This document shows, in pieces, positions 26,670-36,353 of a stretch of DNA of 45,207 nucleotides. The stretch is from positions 1-45,207 of the IMG/VR virus record IMGVR_UViG_3300037424_001538; one strand, 5' to 3'. Below the pieces are notes generated by a model. It was not told the origin of the DNA, ran no database searches, and saw nothing but the letters and a program-made list of their open reading frames with translations. Position numbers and translations under genes: made by a program. The stretch is from a virus. Its lineage: Duplodnaviria; Caudoviricetes. The first letter of the stretch is position 1, and each line of letters starts with the position of its first letter.

Positions 26670-28874
26670 CTAGAACTCGCCCAGCAGCGAAATGCCGGAC
26701 CGATACATAGTACCACCACGCTTCTCACTTGGGAAGCCCTTGTGCGTGAGGGTGTCTCCGAACCGTGTAGAGCTTATGGGCTTCTCACCTCGTGACAAGC
26801 ACCAACCCTCATATGCTCTGTGTAGCGAGCTGAAGGGTGTGGAGGCTTTGCTATCAAGTATGCACAGCTCGTCGATGAACTGCTGGATGAGATCCATATC
26901 GTCGCGATAGGACTGAGTGGCTACCTTGACCTCGATGGGGATAGGCAATCCATCCTTCTGCCACTCGATGGAGCCTTCGAGAGCCCAGTTAAGTATGCCG
27001 GGCAGCTCCATAGATAGCTTGTCGAGTAGCTTCAGGTCCTTGTCCTTCTCACCGAACGTTACGTTGAATGGAATGAGCCTGATGCGACGCCAGATGCCTT
27101 CTGTCGCTCCTCTGACTACCGGCTTGTGGTTGCCGAACACCAGTAGCTTGTGGGTCGGCATGAAGTTGATAGGTTCCTTGTTGAGGTGTCGACCACTGAG
27201 TGTGTCTTTGCCCGTTAAGTCCTTGACACGCGACTCAGACCACCGCAGGCCGTCCTCTAACTCGCTTGTCACCACCAGGCGCGAGCCCTTCATCGATGCT
27301 ATCACAGGTGACGGTGCCTCTGGATTCATCATACGACCAGCCATTAGGATCTCACTGCTCACTCGATAGGCATACAGTCCTAACATACGAGTGAACACCT
27401 CGACCATTGTGGACTTACCGTTTGAACCTTGCCCATGCAAGAAGAAAAGGCACTGCTCATCTACAGAAGGAGTAAGGCAATAGCCCGCAATGAGCTTGAT
27501 ATAGTGCACCAAATTCTCATTGCCGGCCATGATGCTCAACAGGAACGACTTCCACAAGGGGCAATCCATGCTATCGTCGAACCTGACGGGAATCATCTTA
27601 GTGATGTGGTCTTCGCGAGAATGCGGGCGCATCCGCCCCGTGCGAAGGTCCACGGTGCCGTTAGACACGTTTAGTGTCCAGTCGTCGTTGTCGAATGTGT
27701 CATCCGTCCGATGCACTCGAGGATCAGAAGACGCTAGAGTCAACATGCCCTTTATCCTCCTTACGTCAGACGATTTGATACCCCATGACAATCCCGCCTT
27801 GCGTGCCTCCTCGTTTCCTAGACTTAGCCCCCACTTGAGAATGCCTTTGGCTGTCTCCTTGGCTAGCTCCTGTGACTGAGCCTCACCATCTGTCCAGTGG
27901 GTGCTATCCCATTTCAACCAACCCATGCCTTTGGTATATCTGAGATCGTGTCCCCACCAAGAGATCAGTCGTTCAGCATTGCCTATGTCGGTGAACGGTA
28001 TATCCTGCTGATCGTCGACGTGCCCTGCTGGCTTCCGTGGTGGTGTTGAGTAGGTGCTCCTTACAGTGTTGAGTGCCTCATCTAGCTCGTAGAGGTGGTC
28101 AGCGCCTGCAACTGTAATGTTCGCTGCCTGGCAGTAGTAGCCCATCACTTCTTCGGCATCCACCTGAGCTACTTGCAAGTCTCGCAACTGACATGCTAGC
28201 CAATGACCTACCGCATTGCGCCCTTCCTTCTCGACGTCCAGCTTCTCGATGCTCTTGGCTAACAGCTTGAGCTGCACACGAGGGAGCAGCAGGAGTGGTG
28301 GGGCGGCCGCTAGCGGCGTGTCGGGGCCGTATCCAACAAGCCATTGATACACGGTCCCATCTCGGTCTTCGTGAATGCTTGGCGGTGCTACTACATAACC
28401 GCCGTCTGTTCGATACTCTACGCCAGGAAAAACACCCACGTGGTTCCGCAGCTGCCCTCCCCCTCGCACGGGGGCGACCGCAGGTACGGCGTAGTAGATG
28501 TGGATGCCCTTTTTGGTGCGTGCGATTGGCGTCCGAGGCAACGAGCTGCCCATCAAGACCAATCGCTGAAGAGACTGTGAGCCTGCGAGACGGTCGAAGT
28601 CAACGATGAGCAGGCCGTTCCCAGCTGCTATGCCTATGTTCGCGTCCGGCCACATTCGAGCCCAGCTAGCCAGCTGCTTGAGCGATGTAGTGGCCTTTTC
28701 TTTCCAGTTCGCGATGATGGGTTCTTTGCTGCAGGCATGAAGGGGGAACGTTCTCCATCCTACCTGTGCGTACCTCGACGCTGACAGTTCGAAGGAGTAT
28801 TCCTGCTGAGGTTGTGTTTCGACCTTTAGGCCGTCCCAAAGAAGTTGAGTCTGACGATGCTGATGGCCGATCAT
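26670..28874 (-). CDS. Bifunctional primase-polymerase fused to D5/P4-type SF3 helicase
   Basis: WPDANIGI, VDFD, GIHIYY, GGYVVAPPSIH; TDIGNAER; GQGSNGKST, SELE, GNHKP, WRRIRLIPF; C-terminal wHTH. ATG at 28874 with GGAGG. Confidence 0.93.
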   Translation of the reverse strand: MIGHQHRQTQLLWDGLKVETQPQQEYSFELSASRYAQVGWRTFPLHACSKEPIIANWKEKATTSLKQLASWARMWPDANIGIAAGNGLLIVDFDRLAGSQSLQRLVLMGSSLPRTPIARTKKGIHIYYAVPAVAPVRGGGQLRNHVGVFPGVEYRTDGGYVVAPPSIHEDRDGTVYQWLVGYGPDTPLAAAPPLLLLPRVQLKLLAKSIEKLDVEKEGRNAVGHWLACQLRDLQVAQVDAEEVMGYYCQAANITVAGADHLYELDEALNTVRSTYSTPPRKPAGHVDDQQDIPFTDIGNAERLISWWGHDLRYTKGMGWLKWDSTHWTDGEAQSQELAKETAKGILKWGLSLGNEEARKAGLSWGIKSSDVRRIKGMLTLASSDPRVHRTDDTFDNDDWTLNVSNGTVDLRTGRMRPHSREDHITKMIPVRFDDSMDCPLWKSFLLSIMAGNENLVHYIKLIAGYCLTPSVDEQCLFFLHGQGSNGKSTMVEVFTRMLGLYAYRVSSEILMAGRMMNPEAPSPVIASMKGSRLVVTSELEDGLRWSESRVKDLTGKDTLSGRHLNKEPINFMPTHKLLVFGNHKPVVRGATEGIWRRIRLIPFNVTFGEKDKDLKLLDKLSMELPGILNWALEGSIEWQKDGLPIPIEVKVATQSYRDDMDLIQQFIDELCILDSKASTPFSSLHRAYEGWCLSRGEKPISSTRFGDTLTHKGFPSEKRGGTMYRSGISLLGEF

Positions 28875-28929
28875 AAGCCCTCCGATCGACAGGACGAATC
28901 TGAAGCGTTCGAAATGATCTCCCTGAACG

Positions 28930-28980
28930 CACAAAACAAGTCGCCCACCCGACGCTGACAAATGCATCAGGTGGGCGACT
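28930..28980 (-). terminator. Probable intrinsic terminator after the SSB gene
   Basis: AGTCGCCCACC/GGTGGGCGACT stem extended by G-U pairs on the - strand, followed by TGTTTTGT. Confidence 0.7.
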
Positions 28981-29007
28981 CTAGCGGAGAATCAGGCTGT
29001 GGTTGTG

Positions 29008-29538
29008 CTAGTCTTCCAGGGCCTCTTCCAGCGAATCGGCCTTGACAGCACGCCAGCGACGGATGCGGTTGCGTGCCTCGTACTCAGCCGTCGCTGCCTG
29101 GACGTCCACGAAGCCCTCGGCGGTCGTGTGCAGCAGCGTCTCGGCGATCTCGGCAACACCCCCTACGAACCGTGCATTGGGGTCGATTCCCAGGCCGGTC
29201 AGTGCCTGCTTGGTATAGGGCAGCGCGCCGGGGGCAAAGGACAGGGTGTCGAAGATGTTGCGGCCGTCGTACTTGCCGCCCTCCACCTTGACGCGAAGTT
29301 CGATCTTGCGGCTGGGCGGAGTGGGCGGGCGAGCGTTCGGATTCCCCTTGGACATGCCCGGCACCGCGCTCACGATGGTCAGGCGCTGCCAGCCACGCTC
29401 GAGTGGCTTGGGCGTCTCGATAGCCCCAAGGTCGAGCTCACCGTCGTCCATGTCCTGCGTGGTCTCGCTGCCTTCGAGCTCCGTGTCGTCCGCAAACTCG
29501 TCCGTCTCGTCGACCTGCTGTGCGATATTCTTAGCCAT
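29008..29538 (-). CDS. DUF669-like single-stranded DNA-binding protein
   Basis: SKGN...IELRVKVEGGKYDGRNIFDTL...RNRI; acidic termini; next to a Sak4-like ATPase. Confidence 0.75.
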   Translation of the reverse strand: MAKNIAQQVDETDEFADDTELEGSETTQDMDDGELDLGAIETPKPLERGWQRLTIVSAVPGMSKGNPNARPPTPPSRKIELRVKVEGGKYDGRNIFDTLSFAPGALPYTKQALTGLGIDPNARFVGGVAEIAETLLHTTAEGFVDVQAATAEYEARNRIRRWRAVKADSLEEALED

Positions 29539-29638
29539 GACTTGGTTTCCCTTTCACTGCACTTGTTTTTACTACACTACGTTGAGCGCGCCCTGTATCA
29601 CCCCCTCCCCACAAAAATGCAATTCAAATCATACTATC

Positions 29639-29667
29639 ATTATACGCCATATTTGCAAAATTGTCAA
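29639..29667 (-). promoter_or_regulatory. Consensus sigma70 promoter TTGACA-N17-TATAAT
   Basis: Perfect consensus; the -35 box contains the TGA stop of the upstream regulator gene. Confidence 0.88.
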
Positions 29668-30065
29668 GTGCCAGTTTTCTCAAGATGGCTGTTAGCTTCC
29701 ATCACTTTCAAGTACTCCCTGGGGAACTGAGTACTAAGACACTCAACAGCCCTTGCTATGGCCAGCTGGATGAACTCGCTACGACTGTATGCAGCCGCAT
29801 AGTACTTAGGTTTCTGAGTCAGGTTTATCGCATAGACCAGTCCCTTGGTGACCATGCGGTAGAGCGTGGAATTCACCGAGTTAGCATCCATGAGATAACC
29901 CTTTTCCTTCACGAGCTCCCTAAGCTCCATGACCTTGAGACCTCTTGGATACCTGTCCCAGAAGAACTCTAGTATGTTCACCTCCAGCTCGTTCAGAAAG
30001 ATTCGAAGCCCCTTTTCCGCGGTCCATACCCGAGTGTCATATATCGTTGTAGACTGCATGCGCAT
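29664..30065 (-). CDS. BlaI/MecI/CopY-family winged-helix transcriptional regulator
   Basis: LNELEVNILEFFW...NSVNSTLYRMVTKGLV...YYAAAYSRSEF. Confidence 0.75.
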   Translation of the reverse strand: MRMQSTTIYDTRVWTAEKGLRIFLNELEVNILEFFWDRYPRGLKVMELRELVKEKGYLMDANSVNSTLYRMVTKGLVYAINLTQKPKYYAAAYSRSEFIQLAIARAVECLSTQFPREYLKVMEANSHLEKTGT

Positions 30066-30069
30066 GATC

Positions 30070-30954
30070 TCACCCTTGTCCCAGTGTTCCTGCTGCAACC
30101 CCGGCTAACTCCGCCTCTTCGAGCTCAGCTTCTTCCTGCTCGATGGGCAGCTCGACACCGCCGATCATATCGAGGATTTTGGTGATAGTGGGATTGACGA
30201 TGATCGCAGGCCCCTTGCAGTACTGGTTCTTAGCATAGTATCGAGTGCTGGGTCGCAGCATGAGCACGCTTGTGGCATCGGTATCGCGCTTAAGCCTCTC
30301 CTCAAGCATAGTCTTCATTTGGGTACCGACTGAGCGATTCGAGATGCGCTGGCGGTGGATGAGACGTCCTACGATGTAGGCGTATGAGGGGAACTCGCCG
30401 GCCGCCTGACCAGTCATCTGCACTCGATAGGATAGATTGCCCAGACCATCCTGCTGCTCGTACTCCAGAGCGGTGAAGATGACGTGCATGTCCAGAGAGT
30501 AGAACCGGTCGGCAAGGATGTTCATGCGAGTCAAGACCTCGCCATGATGCTGCTGAGTCATTGCGAGTGGGACTTCGCCAACACCCATCTGCAGGTTGCC
30601 AGCCGCTTCTAAAGCAGCCCATCGTTGGATATAGGTAAGCCCGTCGACGACCACCGACTTGAACTTCTCGACAGGCCTGCCCAGGTTCGCCCACATCTTG
30701 GTGTTCGTTGGCTGGTCGGCCGCGAGCCATTTATGGATGGCGGTCAGGTCTCGATACTCGCCCAGCTCAACGATGGTGGGCTTCTTCTCGTAGTCTCGGA
30801 TCGAGAGCGGATTTCCGCTTGCACTGATCATGAGCGCCGGCGCCGTGCGAAGGTCGAGGGCCGCAGAGGCCGACAATCTTGTCTTCTCACTCCCAGGTGC
30901 TCCATAGAATAAAGCCTTGAGCGAGAAGTCGGTGTCCAGATTCACTACTCTCAC
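30070..30954 (-). CDS. AAA_24 / Sak4-like ATPase (ssDNA-annealing recombinase)
   Basis: KALFYGAPGSEKT, SVVVDGLT, HVIFTALE, YYAKN; in the nuclease-ATPase-SSB module. Confidence 0.8.
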   Translation of the reverse strand: MRVVNLDTDFSLKALFYGAPGSEKTRLSASAALDLRTAPALMISASGNPLSIRDYEKKPTIVELGEYRDLTAIHKWLAADQPTNTKMWANLGRPVEKFKSVVVDGLTYIQRWAALEAAGNLQMGVGEVPLAMTQQHHGEVLTRMNILADRFYSLDMHVIFTALEYEQQDGLGNLSYRVQMTGQAAGEFPSYAYIVGRLIHRQRISNRSVGTQMKTMLEERLKRDTDATSVLMLRPSTRYYAKNQYCKGPAIIVNPTITKILDMIGGVELPIEQEEAELEEAELAGVAAGTLGQG

Positions 30955-30975
30955 TGTACTGCTCCTTTGGTGTAA

Positions 30976-31242
30976 CTACACCACTACCTTCCAACGATAC
31001 CAGCCACCGTCTACGTAATCCGGAGGGCGATTTAATGGGTCTCTGTATATATAACTGTCGAACACGAACTCGGCTCGCTCGAGTAAGACCAGGCCGTCAG
31101 GTTGGATGTCGACGATCTCGGCATACTCGAACGACTTACCATGGCATGCTTGCTTGGCTTCGTCGTTCGTTTCGAACGACCCTTGGTAATCACTCATGCC
31201 ACCACTGGGGTAATATCCATCGTACATGAAAACTGCGAACAT
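30976..31242 (-). CDS. Hypothetical protein
   Basis: YYPSGGMSDY motif of the type seen in small phage proteins; RBS GGAG. Confidence 0.55.
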   Translation of the reverse strand: MFAVFMYDGYYPSGGMSDYQGSFETNDEAKQACHGKSFEYAEIVDIQPDGLVLLERAEFVFDSYIYRDPLNRPPDYVDGGWYRWKVVV

Positions 31243-31244
31243 GG

Positions 31245-31493
31245 CTACTCCAGCATCTTCTTCACAGCGTAGATGTATGGCGCGCTAACGGCGATGCAGC
31301 CAGTCAGCACAAGCATGACGCGTATGACTTCAGACGCGTCAGATGCGATTACATACAGGACAAACAATGTCCATCCTGCTAGAAACAGAAGTATGGACAG
31401 TATCGAGGCGAAGGCCAAGAATACGACAAATGCAGCCGCCTGTACGTCTTTAACCTCAGTGTCGAGCATTTCGGCGATCTTCTGGATCATCAC
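31245..31493 (-). CDS. Two-TM membrane protein
   Basis: Two hydrophobic segments; coupled start. Confidence 0.55.
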   Translation of the reverse strand: MMIQKIAEMLDTEVKDVQAAAFVVFLAFASILSILLFLAGWTLFVLYVIASDASEVIRVMLVLTGCIAVSAPYIYAVKKMLE

Positions 31494-31921
31494 GCAGGCC
31501 TCACGCTAAGACTGCCGTCGTGCACTTCCACCTGTTCGATGGAGCCATCCTCGTAGACAGCTCTGGCGACCATGTGTCCGGTGGAGAGCCGCAACAGGTC
31601 ACACAGACCGTCCCAACCACTTCCACTGCCCACACCACTCCAGTTCAGCCTGGTGACTCGTAAGCTCGTAATGGATACTCGACCCCTTATTGGGGTGTCT
31701 AACACGTTCACATCTTCTTCGATCACACTGGCTATGGCATCAGCGTCCATCTCACCTATCTCACAACCACCTTGAAGGGATAGGCCCATGAAGGGAGTCG
31801 CCAAGTTGACCTCGACGTCTTCATCAAAGACTTCTGAGGCGGATTCGAAAGGGACTATGAGGTCCTCGAGAAGCCTGACCTCGAATCTGATGATGTTGTT
31901 ACTCATGGGTTCTCCCACCAC
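31490..31921 (-). CDS. Hypothetical acidic protein
   Basis: Packed ORF in the operon. Confidence 0.5.
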   Translation of the reverse strand: MVGEPMSNNIIRFEVRLLEDLIVPFESASEVFDEDVEVNLATPFMGLSLQGGCEIGEMDADAIASVIEEDVNVLDTPIRGRVSITSLRVTRLNWSGVGSGSGWDGLCDLLRLSTGHMVARAVYEDGSIEQVEVHDGSLSVRPA

Positions 31922-32094
31922 CTTTCACAAACATGTGCCTCGGCGTCCTGGGGCGGTGCGATGACAACGACTTTGAGGCATGCCTCACAGCGACCTCTGT
32001 CTTCCCCGTACACCGTCTTCTCGAACCTCAAACCATCTCGCTCGCGGGTGTATACACAAACGAATGTCCATGGGGCAGGTACTTTGAGCTCCAT
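31903..32094 (-). CDS. Hypothetical protein
   Basis: RBS GGAGG immediately after the nuclease stop. Confidence 0.45.
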   Translation of the reverse strand: MELKVPAPWTFVCVYTRERDGLRFEKTVYGEDRGRCEACLKVVVIAPPQDAEAHVCERWWENP

Positions 32095-33279
32095 CTAGGC
32101 CTCCATTTCCAGAGCATCCCAGTAAGCCAGTTGCATGTCTCGACGCTGGTAATTGGCGTCTAACACCATCTGCTCCTCTGGGCCGACATCGTTCATGTTG
32201 AGTGAGGGGCCTTGTTGTGGCGCGACGTTTGACTGGTTGCGTAGGATGCAAGGCTCTTTGAAGGCGCAAAAGCCACAGTGGTAGCCTGGCGATGACCATA
32301 AGGGTGTCAGCGTGCTCGCCATTTGCATCGCCTTGGCATAGAGCTCCGAACGGAAGTTCAGTATCTCGTTGCGTGACCTCCGCACGGGTATGCGCACGAA
32401 ATAGGCGCTCTCCTTGTCGTTCTTGAGGTGTGACAGGATCTCGCCGTAGTGCTCCATGATGAACGTCTTCGTCGCTTTAGGATGTTGACGTCTAATGCAA
32501 CGCAAGTACATCTCGAACGAGGTGTCTATGCGCATGTTGCGTGAGAGCGTGCCGTCTTGGAGTACTTTGGGTTGCTTGGGAATGCTCTTGCGCATGATCT
32601 CGAACAACGCACCGGCAACAGGCTCGCCCCACACCTGCTCAGCTGCCATGCAGTAGGCCGTGACCTGTCCATCGTTGCCCAAGAGACGAACACGCTCGTG
32701 AATCGACCTGGCGGTCTTAAGCTCGTACACCCACAACTCACCTGTAGGCAAGTGCTTGATCAGGCCATCCATGCGACCTTCGAAGAAGATCGGGTTGCCA
32801 TCCTCGTCGACTATAGAGCTACCGCCGGGGCCGAGTAGAGGTACGCGGAACACCTTCTCATGCGAGAGAAACTCGATCTCGTCGTCGCAGAACTCACCCT
32901 TATAGCTTTTCTCCCACAGGCCGTGGTGAAACAGGAGCTCTTTGGCGAAGGCTATGTGTGTCTCTACCACCTCTAGTTCTTCTGGCCACAGCGCATCCCG
33001 GCCCTTGCCATTGGTCATCTTTAGGATCTGCTTCTCCATGAACTCGTCGAGAGCATCTTCGGGTACGATACCCGTTTGCCTCTTGTGCTCTTCGGCGTAG
33101 TGGACTGCGCTGCCCACGAAGAAAGGAGCGTACAGCTTTCGACCCTCAAGGCCAAGCCTTAGGTGTGACTGATACTCCCATTGACGAGGGCATCTGGTGA
33201 AGGTAGACACGTCGGACCAGTGGATAGTGACCGGGGGCTTGCTTTCGTCTCGCTTGGGGATGACATCTTCGGTTTGCAT
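32095..33279 (-). CDS. PD-(D/E)xK exonuclease (Cas4/RecB-like)
   Basis: TRCPRQW, GSAVH, EGRMDG, VYELKT, QVTAY, CGFCAFKEPC. Confidence 0.88.
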   Translation of the reverse strand: MQTEDVIPKRDESKPPVTIHWSDVSTFTRCPRQWEYQSHLRLGLEGRKLYAPFFVGSAVHYAEEHKRQTGIVPEDALDEFMEKQILKMTNGKGRDALWPEELEVVETHIAFAKELLFHHGLWEKSYKGEFCDDEIEFLSHEKVFRVPLLGPGGSSIVDEDGNPIFFEGRMDGLIKHLPTGELWVYELKTARSIHERVRLLGNDGQVTAYCMAAEQVWGEPVAGALFEIMRKSIPKQPKVLQDGTLSRNMRIDTSFEMYLRCIRRQHPKATKTFIMEHYGEILSHLKNDKESAYFVRIPVRRSRNEILNFRSELYAKAMQMASTLTPLWSSPGYHCGFCAFKEPCILRNQSNVAPQQGPSLNMNDVGPEEQMVLDANYQRRDMQLAYWDALEMEA

Positions 33280-33328
33280 AACCCCTCCGATGTAACTACA
33301 TCGTGTAGAGAGAAAAATCCCTATCTAT

Positions 33329-33357
33329 ATTATAACCCATATTCGCAAGATTGTCAA
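33329..33357 (-). promoter_or_regulatory. Consensus sigma70 promoter TTGACA-N17-TATAAT
   Basis: Perfect consensus in the intergenic AT-rich gap. Confidence 0.88.
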
Positions 33358-33387
33358 GTGCCAATTTTTAAATGGCGACACTTGTAG

Positions 33388-34740
33388 CTACGGCTGGCCA
33401 GATGTGGTGTCTTGAGCTTTGGCGCGCTTTCTCTGAATGAGCGTGTAGATAAGTTTATGGAAGCTCCATTTGTTTTGCACTGCGAAGTACACCGTCTCGT
33501 CGACGGTGTCCGGTATAGTAAGATAGATAATCTGCTTTGGTTCGGTACTAGATAATCTTTGTATCCGGTCGATGGCTTGGGTCATTCTCCTTGCAGGCCA
33601 GATCACATCATAGAAAATGGCAGTATTGATGTGGGGCAGGTCCACACCCTCACCAGCCGCTGCGATGGTTGCAACCAATCGGTTCACCTTAGACAGATCT
33701 TTGGGCTTCTGGTTATCAAAGCCACCCAACACACGTTCGATACGAAACTTGCGAGCCAGCCACCTAACCGTGTCGCGAAACTGGCAGAAGATAACAACTG
33801 ACTCATCTTGATGGTCTTTCATCCAGTCCGTTAACCAGTCTTCCTTGCAGCTAGGCGACTCATAATAGGTGTAGCCCAGTAATCGAGGGTTACTAGTAAC
33901 CTGTTGCAGCTTGACAATCTTGGCAAGGGCGTTGCGCACCATCAAGAGATCATCCTCACCCATGTCGATAAGGACGTCGGTCGCGTCGTCGATGAGTTGA
34001 TACAGCTCAGCCTGTTTGCCGGTCATGTTTAAGGGAATCTGAGTGGTAATAGTGGGTGGTAGCCATGGGGCGACTTCCTGTCGGGTGCGCCGAAGAGTGA
34101 AAGGCATAAGTTCTCTCTCAAGGCCTGCAGGGTCCGCACAGCCAGGCCTTACTTTGATATGACCGTTATATCCTGGTTCGGTCATCACATATTTGTTGAA
34201 AAATGCCCAGTAACCTGGAAACTTGTCAGGATACAGCCAGTTGAGCAGAGACCACATATCAGCGGGGCTCTTCTCGACGGGCGTACCTGTAAGAGCCAGT
34301 TTGAACAAAGACGGAATCTTCCTGATGGCAACCGTGCGATCGGCTTGACGGTTGCTGATGCGATGAGCTTCGTCGACAATAATAACGCTCCACAGAATCT
34401 TTGCCATCTCCACATGGTGCCGCACCATCGCCTCGAAGTGAGTAACAACGGCTACCTGTCTACTGCGATACTCCTGCCGATTGAAGGTCTCCTTGACCAG
34501 AATCATGTCGTGCTCTAGATCGGGGCACTGCTCGTGAAGGGTTCTTGTCCACTGCATTCGCACGGGCTTCGGGCACACGATCAGCGAGGGAAGGTTCCGG
34601 GCTTCGTCTGCGGCATAGAGCCGCTTGATAACCTCGACGCCAACTAACGTCTTGCCTAAGCCACACTGGTCAGCTAGGAGAGTGTTGGTTGTGGAGCCCA
34701 GTTCTATGGCTATATCTTGGAATGGGTAGGGTTGCTTCAT
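33388..34740 (-). CDS. SNF2-family (SF2) helicase
   Basis: LADQCGLGKT, IVDEAH, LTGTP, GEGVDL, QAIDRIQR; ATG at 34740. Confidence 0.92.
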   Translation of the reverse strand: MKQPYPFQDIAIELGSTTNTLLADQCGLGKTLVGVEVIKRLYAADEARNLPSLIVCPKPVRMQWTRTLHEQCPDLEHDMILVKETFNRQEYRSRQVAVVTHFEAMVRHHVEMAKILWSVIIVDEAHRISNRQADRTVAIRKIPSLFKLALTGTPVEKSPADMWSLLNWLYPDKFPGYWAFFNKYVMTEPGYNGHIKVRPGCADPAGLERELMPFTLRRTRQEVAPWLPPTITTQIPLNMTGKQAELYQLIDDATDVLIDMGEDDLLMVRNALAKIVKLQQVTSNPRLLGYTYYESPSCKEDWLTDWMKDHQDESVVIFCQFRDTVRWLARKFRIERVLGGFDNQKPKDLSKVNRLVATIAAAGEGVDLPHINTAIFYDVIWPARRMTQAIDRIQRLSSTEPKQIIYLTIPDTVDETVYFAVQNKWSFHKLIYTLIQRKRAKAQDTTSGQP

Positions 34741-35201
34741 GTGTTCTTTGACCTCATAACGGACTCGAGTATCTTGTACTTTAGATGACGGTAGGAGTCT
34801 TGTCGATGAGGGCTGGAGCCCACCATCTCTGCGTGTTTGGTAAACACCTGAACCGACTTCCTCACAGCAGGCATCTGGCGGTGTAGGACAAGGCCGTAGA
34901 GGTTGCACGATAGTTCAATCATACCGAGTACCTCGCTGGCCAGTACGTGCCTTTGGGCAAGCGAGGCGACAGCACGAGGAGCTGGCATGAAGTCCTCTGC
35001 TACAACAACAAGCTTCCGTCCTTCATAGGCTGCCCCTTGAAAAAAGTCACCAATGACGGTAAAGACACTGAATCGTTCTGTCCAAGGGATCTCGAAGGAG
35101 TGGGTAAGGGCGAACAGGGGTTTGCCTTCGTGGTATCCTGCAGCCACGCCGGTCGTTCCGCCAGGGTCGAATGCAATGTATAGACTGCTGATCAATCGCA
35201 C
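34737..35201 (-). CDS. RuvC-like Holliday junction resolvase
   Basis: AFDPGGTTGVA, VVAEDF, HRQDSYRH. Confidence 0.75.
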   Translation of the reverse strand: MRLISSLYIAFDPGGTTGVAAGYHEGKPLFALTHSFEIPWTERFSVFTVIGDFFQGAAYEGRKLVVVAEDFMPAPRAVASLAQRHVLASEVLGMIELSCNLYGLVLHRQMPAVRKSVQVFTKHAEMVGSSPHRQDSYRHLKYKILESVMRSKNT

Positions 35202-35205
35202 TCCT

Positions 35206-35436
35206 TCACGGTCGGATAGTGTCCATCAGATCAAGGACGTATCCTAGTGACGCGCGCGCGATACCGGATGTCACCCTCAAAAGGATGTATGTCCGAGTGC
35301 CATTGGTTGTCACGATAGCGCTGATCAGAAAGACTGTGACGCCCAGTAGGATGACTAACAGAGACACTGCCTGCACCATAACGATTCGAGGTCGGTGGTC
35401 TTGATTCTGTGTTTGGCGATCGTGTGGGAACTTCAT
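35206..35436 (-). CDS. Small membrane protein
   Basis: One TM helix; RBS AAGGA. Confidence 0.45.
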   Translation of the reverse strand: MKFPHDRQTQNQDHRPRIVMVQAVSLLVILLGVTVFLISAIVTTNGTRTYILLRVTSGIARASLGYVLDLMDTIRP

Positions 35437-35449
35437 CGGAGTCTTCCTT

Positions 35450-36001
35450 TCACTGCACTATGAACATACACAAAAGTGTGTCGTCCAAGAAACTAGCCTG
35501 CACCCGCCGAACGGTGGGTGGCATCGCTGTGAGGGCGTCGTCGACGTATTCGTTGTTGTAGTCGTGGCCTAGCAATACGTCACCCGGTCGAAGTAGGGGC
35601 GCGTAAAGACGCAGTTCGCGAGGCTTGTCGCCTCCGTCACAAAAAATCAGAGCTGGACCTGGTCTGTTCTGAATCCACGTGTGTACGTAGCTCACGGTTG
35701 CAGGATGCCAGGCGTCGAGCTCAATAAAGTTACTACCTTCGAGTGATGCGACTTGGGTATCTAGTGACCCAAGTGAGATGTCGACTCCTAGGTATGCCAT
35801 CTCTCTGAGTGAGTACCGGCTGTAGGACAGGAAGTAAACACTCAGGCCTCCGTGCTCCACACCTATCTCCACGACAGCTTTGGCCTGGCTGTGGTGCAGG
35901 ATATGAGCGATAGCTCCCATGTCGTACCAAGTCACACTGCATGAAATACCCAGCGGCCACACGCCACCTGTCTGTTGCCACAACTCGTCTCGTTCTCGCA
36001 T
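35450..36001 (-). CDS. Class I SAM-dependent methyltransferase (Methyltransf_24/CmcI-like)
   Basis: VVEIGVEHGG, GVDI, IFCDGG, LRPGDVLLGHDY. Confidence 0.8.
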   Translation of the reverse strand: MRERDELWQQTGGVWPLGISCSVTWYDMGAIAHILHHSQAKAVVEIGVEHGGLSVYFLSYSRYSLREMAYLGVDISLGSLDTQVASLEGSNFIELDAWHPATVSYVHTWIQNRPGPALIFCDGGDKPRELRLYAPLLRPGDVLLGHDYNNEYVDDALTAMPPTVRRVQASFLDDTLLCMFIVQ

Positions 36002-36353
36002 ATCTCACCTTACAATCGACCGCTCGTCCACTCCAACCCTCACCACATATCCACTTGTTGGCGAAGCTCAGCTCAGCTATTATGTCGCGTCCCACTAGGT
36101 TAGGCTTGTCCACGGCCTGGGGTAGGTCTATTACTAAGCAATCTAGAGTTCCAAAGGGACCCTCTAGATGCATCCAAACCACGCCAATGTCACTATCCTG
36201 CGCATATGTCCAGGATATCATGCACTGCTGATATGGTATGCCTCGATTATCGGCTACGCCCTCCATCACACCTGGGCCATACCTGACAGTGTAGCCCGAG
36301 TCGCCATGAACCCCTAAAGCGAAGGCTAAGACGGCCTGGATAACTAAGTCCAT
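35733..36353 (-). CDS. Secreted protein, possibly RlpA-like double-psi beta-barrel
   Basis: TGATG-coupled start, signal-like N-terminus, RYGPGVME...CLVID...AELS. The 3' ~270 nt overlap the methyltransferase, so that part is doubtful. Confidence 0.45.
   Translation of the reverse strand: MDLVIQAVLAFALGVHGDSGYTVRYGPGVMEGVADNRGIPYQQCMISWTYAQDSDIGVVWMHLEGPFGTLDCLVIDLPQAVDKPNLVGRDIIAELSFANKWICGEGWSGRAVDCKVRYARTRRVVATDRWRVAAGYFMQCDLVRHGSYRSYPAPQPGQSCRGDRCGARRPECLLPVLQPVLTQRDGIPRSRHLTWVTRYPSRITRR

Noticed and set aside
28999-29730. Long + strand ORFs opposite the SSB gene (also 40591-41115, 16300-16893, 44403-45164)
   Set aside because: Antisense shadows of real - strand genes, favoured by high GC3; no RBS or recognisable motifs.
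32095-33279. cas4 as part of a CRISPR system
   Set aside because: The context (Sak4-like, SSB, SNF2) is the standard phage recombination module.
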